Below are positions 50,783 through 63,765 of a stretch of 64,000 bases of DNA, piece after piece. The notes under the pieces are model-generated. The model searched no databases. It was not told the DNA's origin and was given only the letters and a program-made list of their open reading frames with translations. This DNA is from Malacoraja senta (taxonomy: Eukaryota), in NCBI GenBank assembly GCA_038087875.1, contig CM075997.1, positions 5,458,001 to 5,522,000 on the forward strand, given 5' to 3'. Position numbers and translations under genes: made by a program. Positions within the stretch are counted from its first letter, which is position 1. Every line of letters begins with the position of its first letter.

Positions 50783-51340
50783 CATAGAGTGATACAGCGT
50801 GGAAACAGGCCCTTCGGCCCAACTTGCCCACCTGCCTGGTTCATATCCCTCCAAATTGTCCAATCCATGTACCTGTCTAACTGTTTCTTAAACATTAGGA
50901 TAGTCCCAGTCTCAACTACCTCCTCTGGCAGCTTGTTCCATACACCCACCACCCTTTGTGTGAAATAGTTACACCTCAGATTCCTATTCAATCTTTTCCC
51001 CTTCACCTTGAACCTATGTCCTCTGGTCCTCGATTCCCCTACTCTGGGCAAGAGATTCTGCATCTACCCGATTTATTCCTCTCATGATTTTGTACACCTC
51101 GATAAGATCACCCCTCATCCTTTTGCACTGCAAGGAATAGAGACCCGGCCTACTCAAACCATTCCCTATAGCTCACACCCTCTAGTCCTGGCAGCATCTT
51201 CGTAAATATTCTCTGAACCCTTTCAAGCTTGACAACATCTTTCCTGTAACACGGTGCCCAGAACTGAACACAATACTCTAAATGCGGTCTCACCAACGTC
51301 TTATACAACTGCAACATGACCTCCCAACCTCTACACTCAG
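50783..51340 (-). mobile_element. CR1 LINE 3' fragment
   Basis: FTQRVVGVWNKLPEEVVE. Confidence 0.9.
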
Positions 51341-52554
51341 TGAATGATTGAATGAATGAATGAATTAATTAATTGTTTAATTAATGCGATAAATGAATAC
51401 TTTATCGTATGTTCGTGACCTCTCGGCCCGGCATAATGGAGAATTCGGCAAGCCTCTGGCACTAAACATGCCGTAAAATCGATGGTTTACTGGTAGTTTA
51501 TCAAATTAGAAGTTGATTAGTCACAAAATGGGTGGAAAAAAAATCATTGATAAATATAACTTGTGTTTTAATTGATGATTTAATTGATATGTTCCGGTAC
51601 CTTTTTACCCAGATCTGGTGCTCCCATTACAGGATGGATGTGGAGGCTTTGGAGAGGGTGCAGAGGAGGTTTACTGGAACGCTGCCTGGATTAGAGGGTT
51701 AATTGGAAGATAAACTCCATTTGTTTTCTCTAGAGCACTGGAAATTGAGGGGAGATCTGATAGAAATATATCAAATAATGAGAGATATGGATAGGGCAGA
51801 GAGTTAGTGCCTTTTAGCCTTAGTAAAAATGCCAAGGACAAGCGAGCTTGGCTTTAAGGTCGAGGGAGATTGGGAGAGGGTGCAGAAGAGGTTTACCAGC
51901 AAGCCGCCAGGATTAGAAGTTATTCGCTAAAAAGAGATGTCGTACAACTTGAATGGATGTCCCTGGAATGCCTCTGGTTGGAAGGAGATCTGATGAAATT
52001 ATGAGAGGCATAGCCAGGGGAAATATTCAGAAATAGCCAGAACCTTTCTCCCAGCATGGAAATGTCAAAGACAAGAGGGCCCCGGGCCTAGCTTTAAGGT
52101 GAGAGGGGAAATCTTTAAAGGAGATGAGTGGGACAAGTTTTTTACACAGAGGGTGGTGGGTGAAGGAGAATGGGGTCCCGGCGAGGGGGGACCATCGTGA
52201 GGGACAGTGGGGGAACAAAGGGGGAGCCGAGGGGGGGCACTCTAGTTTAGAATCCTCTGCCCAGGGGACAAGTCTATGTTTGTTTGTTAGTTTGTTTACT
52301 TGTCCCCGTGAAGGCGCTGTGCACACGGCAGCCAGACTATAGTCGCTTGTCTTTTTCCTTTTGTTTTCACTTTTAACTTCAAGTTTTTGTGTACCTTGTG
52401 TGTTGTGACTGTCGGTAGACCAAGGATGAATAGAGTTTTATCCCACTATATCGGGGAGGGGGTGTTTGTACGTTCTCCCCGTGACCGTGCGGGTTTTCTC
52501 CGAAATCTTCGGTTTCCTCCCACACTCCAAAGACGTACGGGTTTGTACACTAAT

Positions 52555-53238
52555 TGTTCAAGTTCCCATTTATTGTCACATGGACCAATTAAGGTATAGT
52601 GATATTTGAGTTACCATACAGCCATTCAAGTAAAAAGAACACAATACACGATAAATTTAACATAAACATCCACCACAGTGGAATCAATATTCCTCACTGT
52701 GATGGAAGGCAATAAAGTTCAGTCATCTTCCTCCTTTGTTCACCCGTGGTCGGGGCCTTGAACGGGATCTGTCGGGATGATGGAAACTCTGGCGGTGGGA
52801 CGGATTATAACACTCCGTAGCATGGAGCTCCCGAGTCGGCCGCTTCTTACCGGAGACCGCGGCTTCACGGTGTTAAAGTCCACATGCCCCGCGGTCGGAG
52901 CACTTCCACAGCGATCCTCGGCAAAGGATCGCCCGCTCAGCGATGGTAAGTCTGCGCCGCGCTTGCGGCTTGAAGCTCCGGTCCGGTCTCCAGGAAAGGC
53001 CGCACCAATCCAGTTGTTAGGCCGCAGTGGGGGGACGGAGATGTGACACTGAGAAAAAATCATATCTCCCTCAGGGAAAGTGACTGAAAATGGTTTCACC
53101 CTATTCCCTCCCGCCACCCCACCCACCAACCCCAAACCCCACATAAAACATACCGAGAAACACACTAAAACATAACAAAAAAAGTTGAAATAACAACCAG
53201 GCGGCTGGCGAGGCTGCCATCTCGGCGCCACCCGGTGG
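52555..53238 (-). mobile_element. GC-rich non-autonomous retroelement nested in an HE1 SINE
   Basis: Collinear with 5335-5870; ends GTGACAATAAA; SINE halves lie on both sides. Confidence 0.55.
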
Positions 53239-53584
53239 TCTATTGGCTTGGTATAAATGTAAAATTGTCCCCAGTGTGTGTAGTATAGTGTTAGTGTGCG
53301 AGGATCGGTGGTCAGCGCTGACTCTGTGGGCCGAAGGGCCTGTTGCCGTGCTGTATCTCTAAACTAAAACTAAACTACATTTCGACGTTACTGTTTGGTG
53401 CTACAACCTTATTCCCTGCTGACACCAGCACTATTCTGCACAATTTACAATTTTTACACAAGCCAATTAACCTACAAACCTATGCATCTTTGGAGTGTGG
53501 GAGGAAACCGGAGCACCCGGAGAAAACCTACGTGGTGACAGGGGGAACGTACAAACTCCGTACAGACAGCTCCCGTAGTCTGGA

Positions 53585-54163
53585 TCAAGAATCAAGAGTC
53601 AAGAGAGTTTTATTGTCATGTGTCCCAGATAGGACAATGAAATTCTTGCTTGCTGCAACACAACAGAATATGTAAACATAATACAGAACAGGAGATAAAA
53701 GTTCAGTGTGTCTGTATACTATAGACCATATATGTACACAATAAATAAACAGATAAAGTGCAATAGACTGTTAATGTTCAGAGCTTATTTGATGTTGTAT
53801 TTAATAGCCTGATGGCTGTGGCGAAGAAGCTGTTCTTGAACCTGGATGTTCCAGATTTCAGGCTCCTGTACCTTCTTCCCGATGGCAATGGAGAGATGAG
53901 TGTGTGACTGGGCAGTGGTCACAATTTTCTGCATTCTTTTTCGCTCCTGGACGTTCAAGTTGCCGTACCAGGCCACGATGCAGCCAGTCAGCATGCTCTC
54001 TACTGTGCACCTGTAGAAGTTTGAGTGAGTCCTCCTTGACATACCGACTCTCCGAAATCTTCTCAGGAAGTAGAGGCGCTGATGTGCCTTCTTTATAATT
54101 GCATCAGTGTGCTGGGACCAGGAAAGATCTTTGGAAATATGCACGCCCAGGAATTGGAAGTTT
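53585..54163 (-). mobile_element. Rex1/Babar 3' fragment
   Basis: FLGVHISKDLSW...KKAHQRLYFLRR. Confidence 0.85.
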
Positions 54164-54288
54164 TTGATTGAATGGCAGAGTAGATTTGATGGGCCAAATG
54201 GCCTAATTCTGCTCTTAGAACATCTGAACATAAACCCTGACATATATATCTGCATATCGCAGTCACGTTACCTCCCATTCTCACTTAC

Positions 54289-54305
54289 AATGGAAGAAGG
54301 GAAAA
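54289..54305 (-). CDS. Weak candidate 17-nt microexon (TTTTCCCTTCTTCCATT)
   Basis: ttttgtacAG ... GTaagt in unique sequence; can be read in frame with the 32220-32262 exon. Confidence 0.15.
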
Positions 54306-55154
54306 CTGTACAAAACGTACATCTACGTACTTGATTTTTTGGGCATACTTTAAGAGAAACAATTCAGGAAAACTACAATGATGAAACACAAAATAAAATA
54401 TTCTGTTCGTTACATTTGGAGATCAAAATAGATATATTTCCTGGAGATGGGAATGCATTTCGATGATCTAAATCTGCTCAAAGTAAAGACATTTCTAAAC
54501 AACATAATAATCAAAAGAAGGAGCCCTGTCCAGCAGCAAGATGAAACGCAAAATTCAAATATTGCTTTTCAACAGAGGTTAGTGGCTGCCGCTTTGATTA
54601 GACTTTGAACCAAACTGTGGGAAATAAAGTGTGTCAAACTGTCCTTGCATCAGGTCTTTGATAGCAGTTGCAGGAGGTTTGAAAGACTCTGAGTGCAGTG
54701 TGTGTCATAAGGTTTGTGTTATCTCGATGGAATCAGGACAGCCTGCCAAAGCATGATCATTGTGTTTACACTCAGTACCAGTAACCATAACAGTGTTGAT
54801 TATCCTTTTTATTCTGAACTCTCCTGAGCAATACATGTTCCCATGCTCTGCAACCTTTATAGACAATAGACAATAGACAATAGGTGCAGGATTAGGCCAT
54901 TTGGCCCTTCGAGCCAGCACCGCCATTCAATGTGATCATGGCTGATCATCCCCAATCAGTTCCCCGTTCCTGCCTTCTCCCCATATCCCCTAACTCCACT
55001 ATCTTTAAGAGCCCTATCTAACTCTCTCTTGAAAGTATCCAGAGAACCTGCCTCCGCCGCACTCTGAGGCAGAGAATTCCACAGACTCACCACTCTCTGT
55101 GAGAAAAAGTGATTCCCCGTCTCCGTTCTAAATGGCTTACTCCTTATTCTTAAA

Positions 55155-55461
55155 TTTAGTTTAGTTCAGTTTGGAGATACGGCGCGGAAACAGGCCCTTC
55201 GGCTCACCGAGTCCTCTTCGAACAGCGATCCAGGCACAGTAACAGTAGGGACATGTTTACTTACACCAAGACTTACACCAAGCCAATTAACCGACAAACC
55301 TGCACGTCTTTGGAGTGTGGGAGCAAACCGAAGGTCCCGGAGAAAACCCACGCAGGTCACGGGGAGAAGGTACAAACACCGTATAAACAGCACCTGTGGT
55401 CAGGATTGAACCCGGGCCTGTGGCGCTGTAAGACAATTGCTCTACCACTGTGCCATCGTGC
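55155..55461 (-). mobile_element. HE1-type V-SINE
   Basis: Reverse-strand copy. Confidence 0.8.
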
Positions 55462-56145
55462 CAGTTTCTTTGTGGAAGATTTACTGTAGCCATTGAAAAT
55501 AAACTGTAGGCACAGGATGTGTGAGACGATATTTTATGTTGTCGACGTTATTGAATAGATTTCTAAAGACTCGATGGAGGACGTTGTTTCCAAGAAAGTC
55601 TCTGGATTTAATCCACAAACTCACAATGTGCACCCAGAAAAACACTTGTTTTAGTTTATGCAAAATTTTCCTTTAACTCCACTTACGTAAACAAGATCAG
55701 GGGCGCCAGAGACCCGGGTTTCATCCTAACCTCGGGTGCTCTCTGTGTGGAGTTTGAACGTTCTCCCTGTGACTGCAAGGATTTCCTCCGAGTGCTCCAG
55801 TTTCCTCCCACATCCCAACAAAGACGTGCGGGTTTGTAGGTTAATTGGCCCTCTGTAAATTGCCACTAGTGTGTAGGGAGTGGATGAGAAAGTGTGATAA
55901 CATAGAACTAATGTGAACTGGTGATCGATGGTCGGCATGGACTCGGTGGGCCGAAGGGCCTGTTTCCATGCTGTATGTTCAAACATAAACACAAACAAAA
56001 CACAAACATCGTAAGGACATTGAGAACAATGCAACACAGAGACAGGCCCTTCAGCCCACACTGACCTACAGGCACCTATTTACACTAATCCAGGTTTATT
56101 CCCTCCATTCTCCCGTCAACCCATACTAATTCTGCCATCACCTAG

Positions 56146-58200
56146 GTGCCATTGTTCATCCCAGTTTGGCAAAAGAATAAATCAGGGAAGGTAGTGCATC
56201 CGTGGATAACAAGGGAAATCAGGGATAGTATCAAAGCAAAAGATGATGCGTACAAATTTGCCAGAAAAAGCAGCATACCAGAGGACTGGGAGAAATTCAG
56301 AGACCAACAGAGGAGGACAAAGGGCTTAATTAGGAAAGGGAAAATAGATTATGAAAGGAAACTGGCAGGGAATATAAAAACTGACTGCAAAAGTTTTTAT
56401 AGATATGTGAAGAGAAAGAGATTAGTTAAAACAAATGTAGGTCCCTTGCAGTCAGAAACAGGTGAATTGATCATGGGGAACAAGGATATGGCGGACCAAT
56501 TGAATAACTACTTTGGTTCCGTCTTCACTAAGGAAGACATAAATAATCTGCCGGAAATAGCAGGGGGCCGCGGGTCAAAGGAGATGGAGGAACTGAGTGA
56601 AATCCAGGTTAGTCGGGAAGTGGTGTTGGGAAAATTGAATGGATTAAAGGCCGATAAATCACCAGGGCCAGATAGGCTGCATCCCAGAGTACTTAAGGAA
56701 GTAGCTCCAGAAATAGTGGATGCATTAGTGATAATTTTTCAAAACTCTTTAACCCCACTTTTTAAGAAGGGAGTGAGAGAGAAAACGGGGAATTACAGAC
56801 CAGTTAGTCTAACATCGGTAGTGGGGAAACTGCTAGAGTCAGTTATTAAAGATGGGAAAGCAGCACATTTGGAAAGTGGTGAAATCATTGGACAAAGTCA
56901 GCATGGATTTACGAAAGGTAAATCATGTCTGACGAATCTTATAGAATTTTTCGAGGATGTAACTAGTAGAGTGGATAGGGGAGAACCAGTGGATGTGTTG
57001 TATCTGGACTTTCAGAAGGCTTTCGACAAGGTCCCACATAAGAGATTAGTATACAAACTTAAAGCACACGGTATTGGGGGTTCAGTATTGATGTGGATAG
57101 AGAACTGGCTGGCAAACAGGAAGCAAAGAGTAGGAGTAAACGGGTCCTTTTCACAATGGCAGGCAGTGACTAGTGGGGTACCGCAAGGCTCAGTGCTGGG
57201 ACCCCAGCAATTTACAATTTATATTAATGAACTGGATGAGGGAATTGAAGGTAACATCTCCAAGTTTGCGGATGACACTAAGCTGGGGGGCAGTGTTAGC
57301 TGTGAGGAGGATGCTAGGAGACTGCAAGGTGACTTGAATAGGCTGGGTGAGTGGGCAAATGTTTGCAAGATGCAGTATAATGTGGATAAATGTGAGGTTA
57401 TCCGCTTTGGTGGCAAAAACAGGAAAGCAGACTATTATCTAAATGGTGGCCGATTAGGAAAAGGGGAGATGCAGCGAGACCTGGGTGTCATGGTACACCA
57501 GTCATTGAAAGTAGGCATGCAGGTGCAGCAGGCAGTGAAGAAAGCGAATGGTATGTTAGCTTTCATAGCAAAAAGATTTGAGTATAGGAACAGGGAGGTT
57601 CTACTGCAGTTGTACAGGGTCTTGGTGAGACCACACCTGGAGTATTGCGTACAGTTTTGGTCTCCAAATCTGAGGAAGGACATTATAGCCATAGAGGGAG
57701 TGCAGAGAAGGTTCACCAGACTGATTCCTGGGATGTCAGGACTTTCATATGAAGAAAGACTGGATAGACTCGGCTTATACTCGCTAGAATTTAGGAGATT
57801 GAGAGGGGATCTTATAGAAACTTATAAAATTCTTATGGGGTTGGACAGGCTAGATGCAGGAAGATTGTTCCCGATGTTGGGGAAGTCCAGGACAAGGGGT
57901 CACAGCTTAAGGATAAGGGGGAATTCCTTTAAAACCGAGATGAGAAGAACTTTTTTCACACAGAGAGTGGTGAATCTCTGGAACTCTCTGCCACAGAAGG
58001 TAGTCGAGGCCAGTTCATTGGCTATATTTAAGAGGGAGTTAGATGTGGCCCTTGTGGCTAAAGGGATCAGGGGGTATGGAGAGAAGGCAGGTACGGGATA
58101 CTGAGTTGGATGATCAGCCATGATCATATTGAATGGCGGTGCAGGCTCGAAGGGCCGAATGGCCTACTCCTGCACCTATTTTCTATGTATCTATGTATCT
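56146..58200 (+). mobile_element. Young 5'-truncated CR1 LINE with a 652-codon open RT frame
   Basis: QHGF, YLDFQKAFDKV, GVPQGSVLGP, KFADDTKL; (TCTATGTA)-type tail; no endonuclease domain. Confidence 0.95.
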
Positions 58201-58202
58201 TT

Positions 58203-59781
58203 GCATGCGTCTAGCGCGACCAAACGTGGTCGCTTGAGGCGTACGGCCGCGCGGGGCCGGTCCCAATTCGAACAGCGGAGGCGTATGGAGTTGTGCGAGG
58301 CTGGTCCCGACATCATACTCACCAATCAGTAGCAATGTTACAAAATGTTGAGATTTAAAAAATCAAGTCTGCAATTTATCCCATCAGAAAAAGAAGTTTA
58401 ATTTGACACCTAATTCACTTTCATATCTTCAGTATTAAAAATGTTATGGCCATTTTCACACTCGGAAATTAGCATCTTGTTCCCTATTGCTTTCCCATTG
58501 ACTTAACACAAAGGTTGTGATCGAGGACAGTTAAAAGCCCATAACTTTCTTAAAAATTAAGAGAACTTAATGAAATTTTCATTTATTATAGATTGAAGCA
58601 TTCTGAAACAAATATGAAACAATCTTACCTGGATGACCTGAAATTAAAGCATATAATTAGTTAGTTACCCAATTGTAGCTAATTACAAAATTCAATTACT
58701 AGATCTAAACATCTATCCATTTCTTAAGAAAAGGTTAACATTTTTTTAAAAGCCTAAGTGTCCAAATAACATTCACACAAGAATTCACAATATAACATTA
58801 TTTTTAAATCTCATTGTCATGAATTTATAGGCCAAATGGAAGGAATTTAGTGTTTAATACCTGTAAATTAATGGGCAATAAATTATCTTGCGAGTGGGAT
58901 TTTGTGGAACGCGCTGGTTTGGAACGTTGCGGTTGCAGTGAATTTAAACCTCATATCGGCAGGAAAAATACTGCCGGTTCGTATATTTACATAATCACAT
59001 TTTCGCAACTTGAAATTTTGATTAAGGGCATCCTAAGAAGCAAGTTTATATGAAAAAAAAACGGCGTACCTTGCCTTGTCCCCTACGTGAAATCCGTCCC
59101 CGTTATCGGCGTTGACGGCATTTGAAGATGATTTTAATTTTTCTCCAACAATTTAATTATCCAGCGCTAATTTTAATAAACGTAATAAAACGGCAGTCGA
59201 AGCGATTTTTCTTTAGCAGCTAATTTACCTGACAGACATCGATTTGAATAGGCTGCCGAAATATCGCATTTTAAACCCGCCCCCCTCTCAAAGGCGCCAA
59301 AGTCGCGCACACGGGCAGTGACAGAACTGCAACGCCGCTGAAGGTAAGTTTTGTAACATACCTACAATCAGCTGGGCAGGAGGCGGGCCGACTGAATTTA
59401 GACGTCGCACGGCGTCGGACGGTGACGTCATTACGCAATGGCACGCCGGGCGGTGATGTCATCGCGCAATGCCACGCGCTAGGCGTACGCCGTCAAGACG
59501 CTGCGTACGACATCAAGACGCTGCGTACGATGTCAAGATGCTGCGTACGCCCGTCGAGGCGCTGCGTACGGCCTCAAAGCGGCTGCTGGACGACAGGACG
59601 TTGTCGCGCGGGATTTTCTGACAGTGCAAGATTTTTGGAGCCCAATGTCGGGAGCAGCCCCGCACAACTCCATACGCCTCCGCCGATCGAAGTGGGACCG
59701 GCCCCGCGAGGCCGTACGCCTCAAGCGACCACATTTGATCGCGTTAGACGCACGCTATCGCATGCTGGTGGGGCAGGCCCT
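58203..59781. mobile_element. CpG-rich palindromic Harbinger-type MITE (left TIR missing) with a nested transposon
   Basis: About 110-bp inverted arms at 58203-58314 and 59644-59756; right end GGCAGGCCCT followed by TAA. Confidence 0.7.
58330..59364. mobile_element. Non-autonomous DNA transposon of uncertain superfamily
   Basis: Imperfect TIRs TAGCAATGTTACAAAA / TTTTGTAACATACCTA; CAATCAG duplicated at 58323-58329 and 59365-59371. Confidence 0.75.
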
Positions 59782-60289
59782 TAAGTGTAAATTGTCCCTA
59801 GTGTGTGTGTGATAGTGTTACTGTGCGGGGATCGCTGGTCGGCGTGGACTCGGTGGGCCGGAGGGCTTGTTTCCCCGCTTGATCTCTAAACTAAACCTGA
59901 AATAACTACAAACAGCTAGTATTTGTGATTAGATCAACAGGTGAATATTTTTCAACTATTTTTGGAAATATCACCGTGAGATCTTTGAAATAAATGGAGA
60001 GTGAAAAGGGGGCAGGGATGTCTGGAGGGTACAAAGGTCAGATTCATTGTGGTTGAAAGATATCCAGAGAGCCCGTGGAGATCGGTGGCTGAAACGCCTT
60101 AAGCCCCTGAGACCAGAATGAACGAGAGTGTGGAAGGATTTGGGAGCTGAGGGTGAGGATACTGAAAGTAACACCAGATGGTTGGAGGAAGTGCAGATAC
60201 CTTAGAGATACAGAGTGGAAACAGGTCCTTCGGCCCACAAAGTCCACGCCTACCCTGTACTCTAGCACTATCCTACACACTCGGGACAG

Positions 60290-62772
60290 TTGAATTTGAA
60301 TAAATTTCAATTTGAATAAGTTTTAGCCAATTATGTATACATACAAGGAATTTGCCTTTGTGCTTTGGTGACACTTCCTGTATGTAGGCAGATTCCTCCC
60401 CATCCTGGATCAGTCCAATCATGGTTGTGTTGTCTGCAAACTTGAGAAGCTTGACAGAGGAGTCAGTGGAGGTGCAGTCATTGGTGTTGAGAGAGTAGAG
60501 GAGAGGGGAGAGTACGCAGCCTTGCGGTGCTCCTTTGCTGAGTGTTTGCGGGTCCGAGATGTGCTTTCCCAGCCTCACATGCTGCTTCCTGTCTGTCAGG
60601 AAGTTGGTGATCCACCGACAGAGGGGTTCAGGCACAGCCAACTCGGAAAGATTGGAGTGTAGTAGCTCTGGCACAATGGTGTTGAATGCAGAGCTAAAAT
60701 CAACAAACAATATCCTCGCATAGGTCCCCTGGCAGTCTAGGTGCTGGAGGATGAAGTGCAGGCCCAGGTTGACTGCGTCATCCACAGATCTATTGGCCCG
60801 ATATGCAAACTGCAGAGTGTCCAGCAGGGAGTTTGTGATATTTTTCAGCTTGGCCAGCACAAGCCTTTCAAGGGTCTTCATGACTACAGAGGTCAGTGCG
60901 ACAGGCCTGTAGTCATTAAGACCAGTAATCCTTGCCTTTTTGGGTACGGGAACAATAGTGGTGACTTTGAAGCAGGCAGGGACAGTACAGGTTTGCAGGG
61001 ACTGGTTAAAAATGTCCGTGTAGACGTTGTTCGGCACAGAGCTTGAGATAGAGGGGGAAACATTGTCCAGTCCTGGAGATTTCCGGCTTTTCTGTCTCCT
61101 GAACAGCTTTTCCACCTCAATTGCTATTGTTAGTGATGGAGAAGTGGCTAGACTGATGTTGGGCAGCAAGGAGTGGGTGGGTAGTGGACGAGGGCCCAGT
61201 CTTTGCAGATTGGAGTCGGGCTGTGCGTAGGTGTGAAATGGTGATTGGGGAGGGGTGGGTGGGGGAGGGGGAGGGGGTTATTTTTTTGTCTATTGAACCT
61301 GCAGTAGAACTCATTCAGGCCGTTGGTCAGCTGACGATTGTCCAAGGAGCGGGGGGCTTTCCTCTTGTAGCTGGTGATTTCTTGCATGCCTTTCCACACT
61401 GAAGAAGAGTCATTAGCTGAGAACTTGCTCCTCAACTTCTCAGAGTACCTTTCCTTGGCAGCTGATTCCTCTTCTCAGCTTGTGCTTGGCCTGCCTGTAG
61501 AGATCTGCATCCCCGCTCCTGTGGGCCTCCTCTTTAGACTGGCCAGCTGTCTGAGTTCTGCTGTAAACCAGAGCTTGTCGTTGTTGAACCTGATCTGGGT
61601 CCTCGCGGGAATGCAACTGTCCTCACTAAAGCTTACATATGATGTCGCAGTGTCTGTATATTCATCGAGGCTTGTGGTTGCTTCCCTGAACACATTCTAA
61701 TCAGTGCAGTCAAAGCTCTTTGAATGTGTGAATTTTGAATTGTAGGTTCTCAATGCCCTCGCTTGTCCACTTTTTCATTGTTCTGATCACAGGCTTAGCA
61801 GCTTTTAGTTTCTGCCTGCAGGTCGGAATAAGGTGAACTAAACAATGATCAGAGAGTCCCAGAGCCACAAGGGGAACAGAGCGATATGCATTCTTGATTG
61901 TAGTATTACAATGTTTGAGTGTTCTCTCCCCTCTGGTGGTTCAGGTAACGCGATGTCTGTATTTTGGAAGCTCTCGGCTGAGGTTAGCTTTGGTAAAGTC
62001 CCCCAAAACAATGACAATGGAGTCTGGGAAGTCACTCTCTACTTCATTACCTGGTCAGCGAGTTGCGTTTGCCCCTCACGTACGTAGGCTTGGGGGGGGG
62101 GGGGGGGGGAATGTAAACTCCAGCGAAAATAAAAGAGGTAAATTCCCTCAGAGAATAAAAGGGTTTGCAATTTATTAAAAAATATGCCAGATTAGGAGAA
62201 CAGAAGTTAGACAGTACTGTGATGTCGCTGCACCAGCCCTGGTTATAGAAGCATATTCCACCGCCTCTTGATTTCCCCGCAGCCTCTGCTTCACGGTCCA
62301 CTCTGTGTAGTTGAAAGCCAGCCAGTTGCAGCGTATTGTCCGGGGTCCACCCACACAGCCAGGTCTCGGTGAAGCACAGGGCAGCGGCTCGAGAGAAGTC
62401 CTCGTTTGTTGTCACAGGAGTTGCAGTTCGTCCACTTTGTTGTTGAGAGAACGTAGGTTTGCAAGGAAGATACTCGGGAGTGGTGTGTGTGATCCTCGTC
62501 GCCAGAGTCGAGTGAGTGCTCCAGAGCGCTCCCCCCAGGTTCTCCTCTCTCCCAAGACCTTGAACGCTGCCACAGCCACAGCCCCACCGACGAGTATGTC
62601 CAAATAATCCAGCGAGTGAGAGAAATGCAGAACAATGTTTGGAGGTACCGAATATCTGATGTTTACCCCTCTCATGGAAGTGATCTTTGTGGGATTTTCA
62701 CAGACAACACAAACGAACAAACACAGACAAAACAGCAAGGAGCAGTACACCGTGGCAGCCATCGTTGCCGCC
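60290..62772 (-). mobile_element. Rex1/Babar retrotransposon, 5'-complete, degenerate and internally deleted
   Basis: APE: LANLRSLNNKVDEL, LCFTETWL, GGGICFY; RT: LQFAYRANRSVDDAV, FVDFSSAFNTI, GAPQGCVLSPLL, KFADNT; jumps to the 3' tail at about 60375. Confidence 0.9.
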
Positions 62773-62892
62773 AGTTCTGTGACAACTTCCCAAAGCCAAT
62801 TAACCTACAAACCTGTAGGTCATCGGAGTGTGGGAGGAAACCAGAGCACCCGGAGAAAACCCACATGGTCACAGGGAGAACGTGAAAACTCC

Positions 62893-63134
62893 TGACTACG
62901 TGTGCTGTCTGTACGGAGTTCGTACGTTCTCCCCGTGACCTGTGTGGGTTTTCTCCGAGATCTTCAGTTTCCTCCCACACCCCAAAGACGTGCAGGTTTG
63001 TAGGTTAATTGGCTTGGTATAAGTGAAAATTGTCCCTCATGTGTGTAGGATAGTGTTAGTGTGCAGGGATCGCTGGTCGGCACCGACTCGGTGCGTAGGG
63101 CCTGTTTCCACACTGTATCTCTAAACTAAACTAA
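62893..63134 (+). mobile_element. HE1-type V-SINE, 5'-truncated
   Basis: V-domain and (AAACT)n tail. Confidence 0.8.
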
Positions 63135-63145
63135 AGGTACAGAAC

Positions 63146-63765
63146 AATAATAATAATAATAATAATAGATTTTATTTATATAGCGCTTTTCAGGACTCAA
63201 AGTCGCTTTACATTGAGAGTCAAGAATAAACAAAACAAAATAGAGCAGTAAGACAGAGATGCAAAGGGGAGGGAAACATGGGACTAAGGGTATGCAGAGG
63301 TGAAGAGATAGGTCTTGAGGCGGGACTGGAAGATGGTGAGGGACTCAGAATTTCGGACCAGTTGTGGGAGGGAATTCCAGAGCCTGGGAGCTGCCCTGGA
63401 GAAGGCTCTGTCTCCAAAAGTGCAGAGGTTTGATTTCGGAGTGGAGAGGAGACCAGCTGATGTGGATCTGAGGGACCGTGAGGGTTGGTAGGGGGAGAGG
63501 AGGTCAGTGAGATAAGGGGGGGGCCAAGTGGTTGAGGGCTTTGTAGGTGAGGACCAGGATTTTGTAGATGATCCGGTGGGAAATGGGAAGCCAGTGAAGT
63601 TCTTTGAGAACTGGGGTGATGTGGTGCCAGGATTTGGTGTGGGTGATGAGTCGGGCGGCTGCATTCTGGACCAGTTGGAGTCGGTTGTTGCTGCTGGAAT
63701 TGATGCCAAAGAGAAGAGAGTTACAGTAGTCCAGTCGGGAGGAGATGAAGGCATGGATGAGTCAG
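63146..63765 (-). mobile_element. L2 LINE 3' fragment
   Basis: RLDYCNS, HITP.L..LHW and FGDRAFSRAAPRLWNSLP motifs; (TTA)n tail. Confidence 0.9.
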
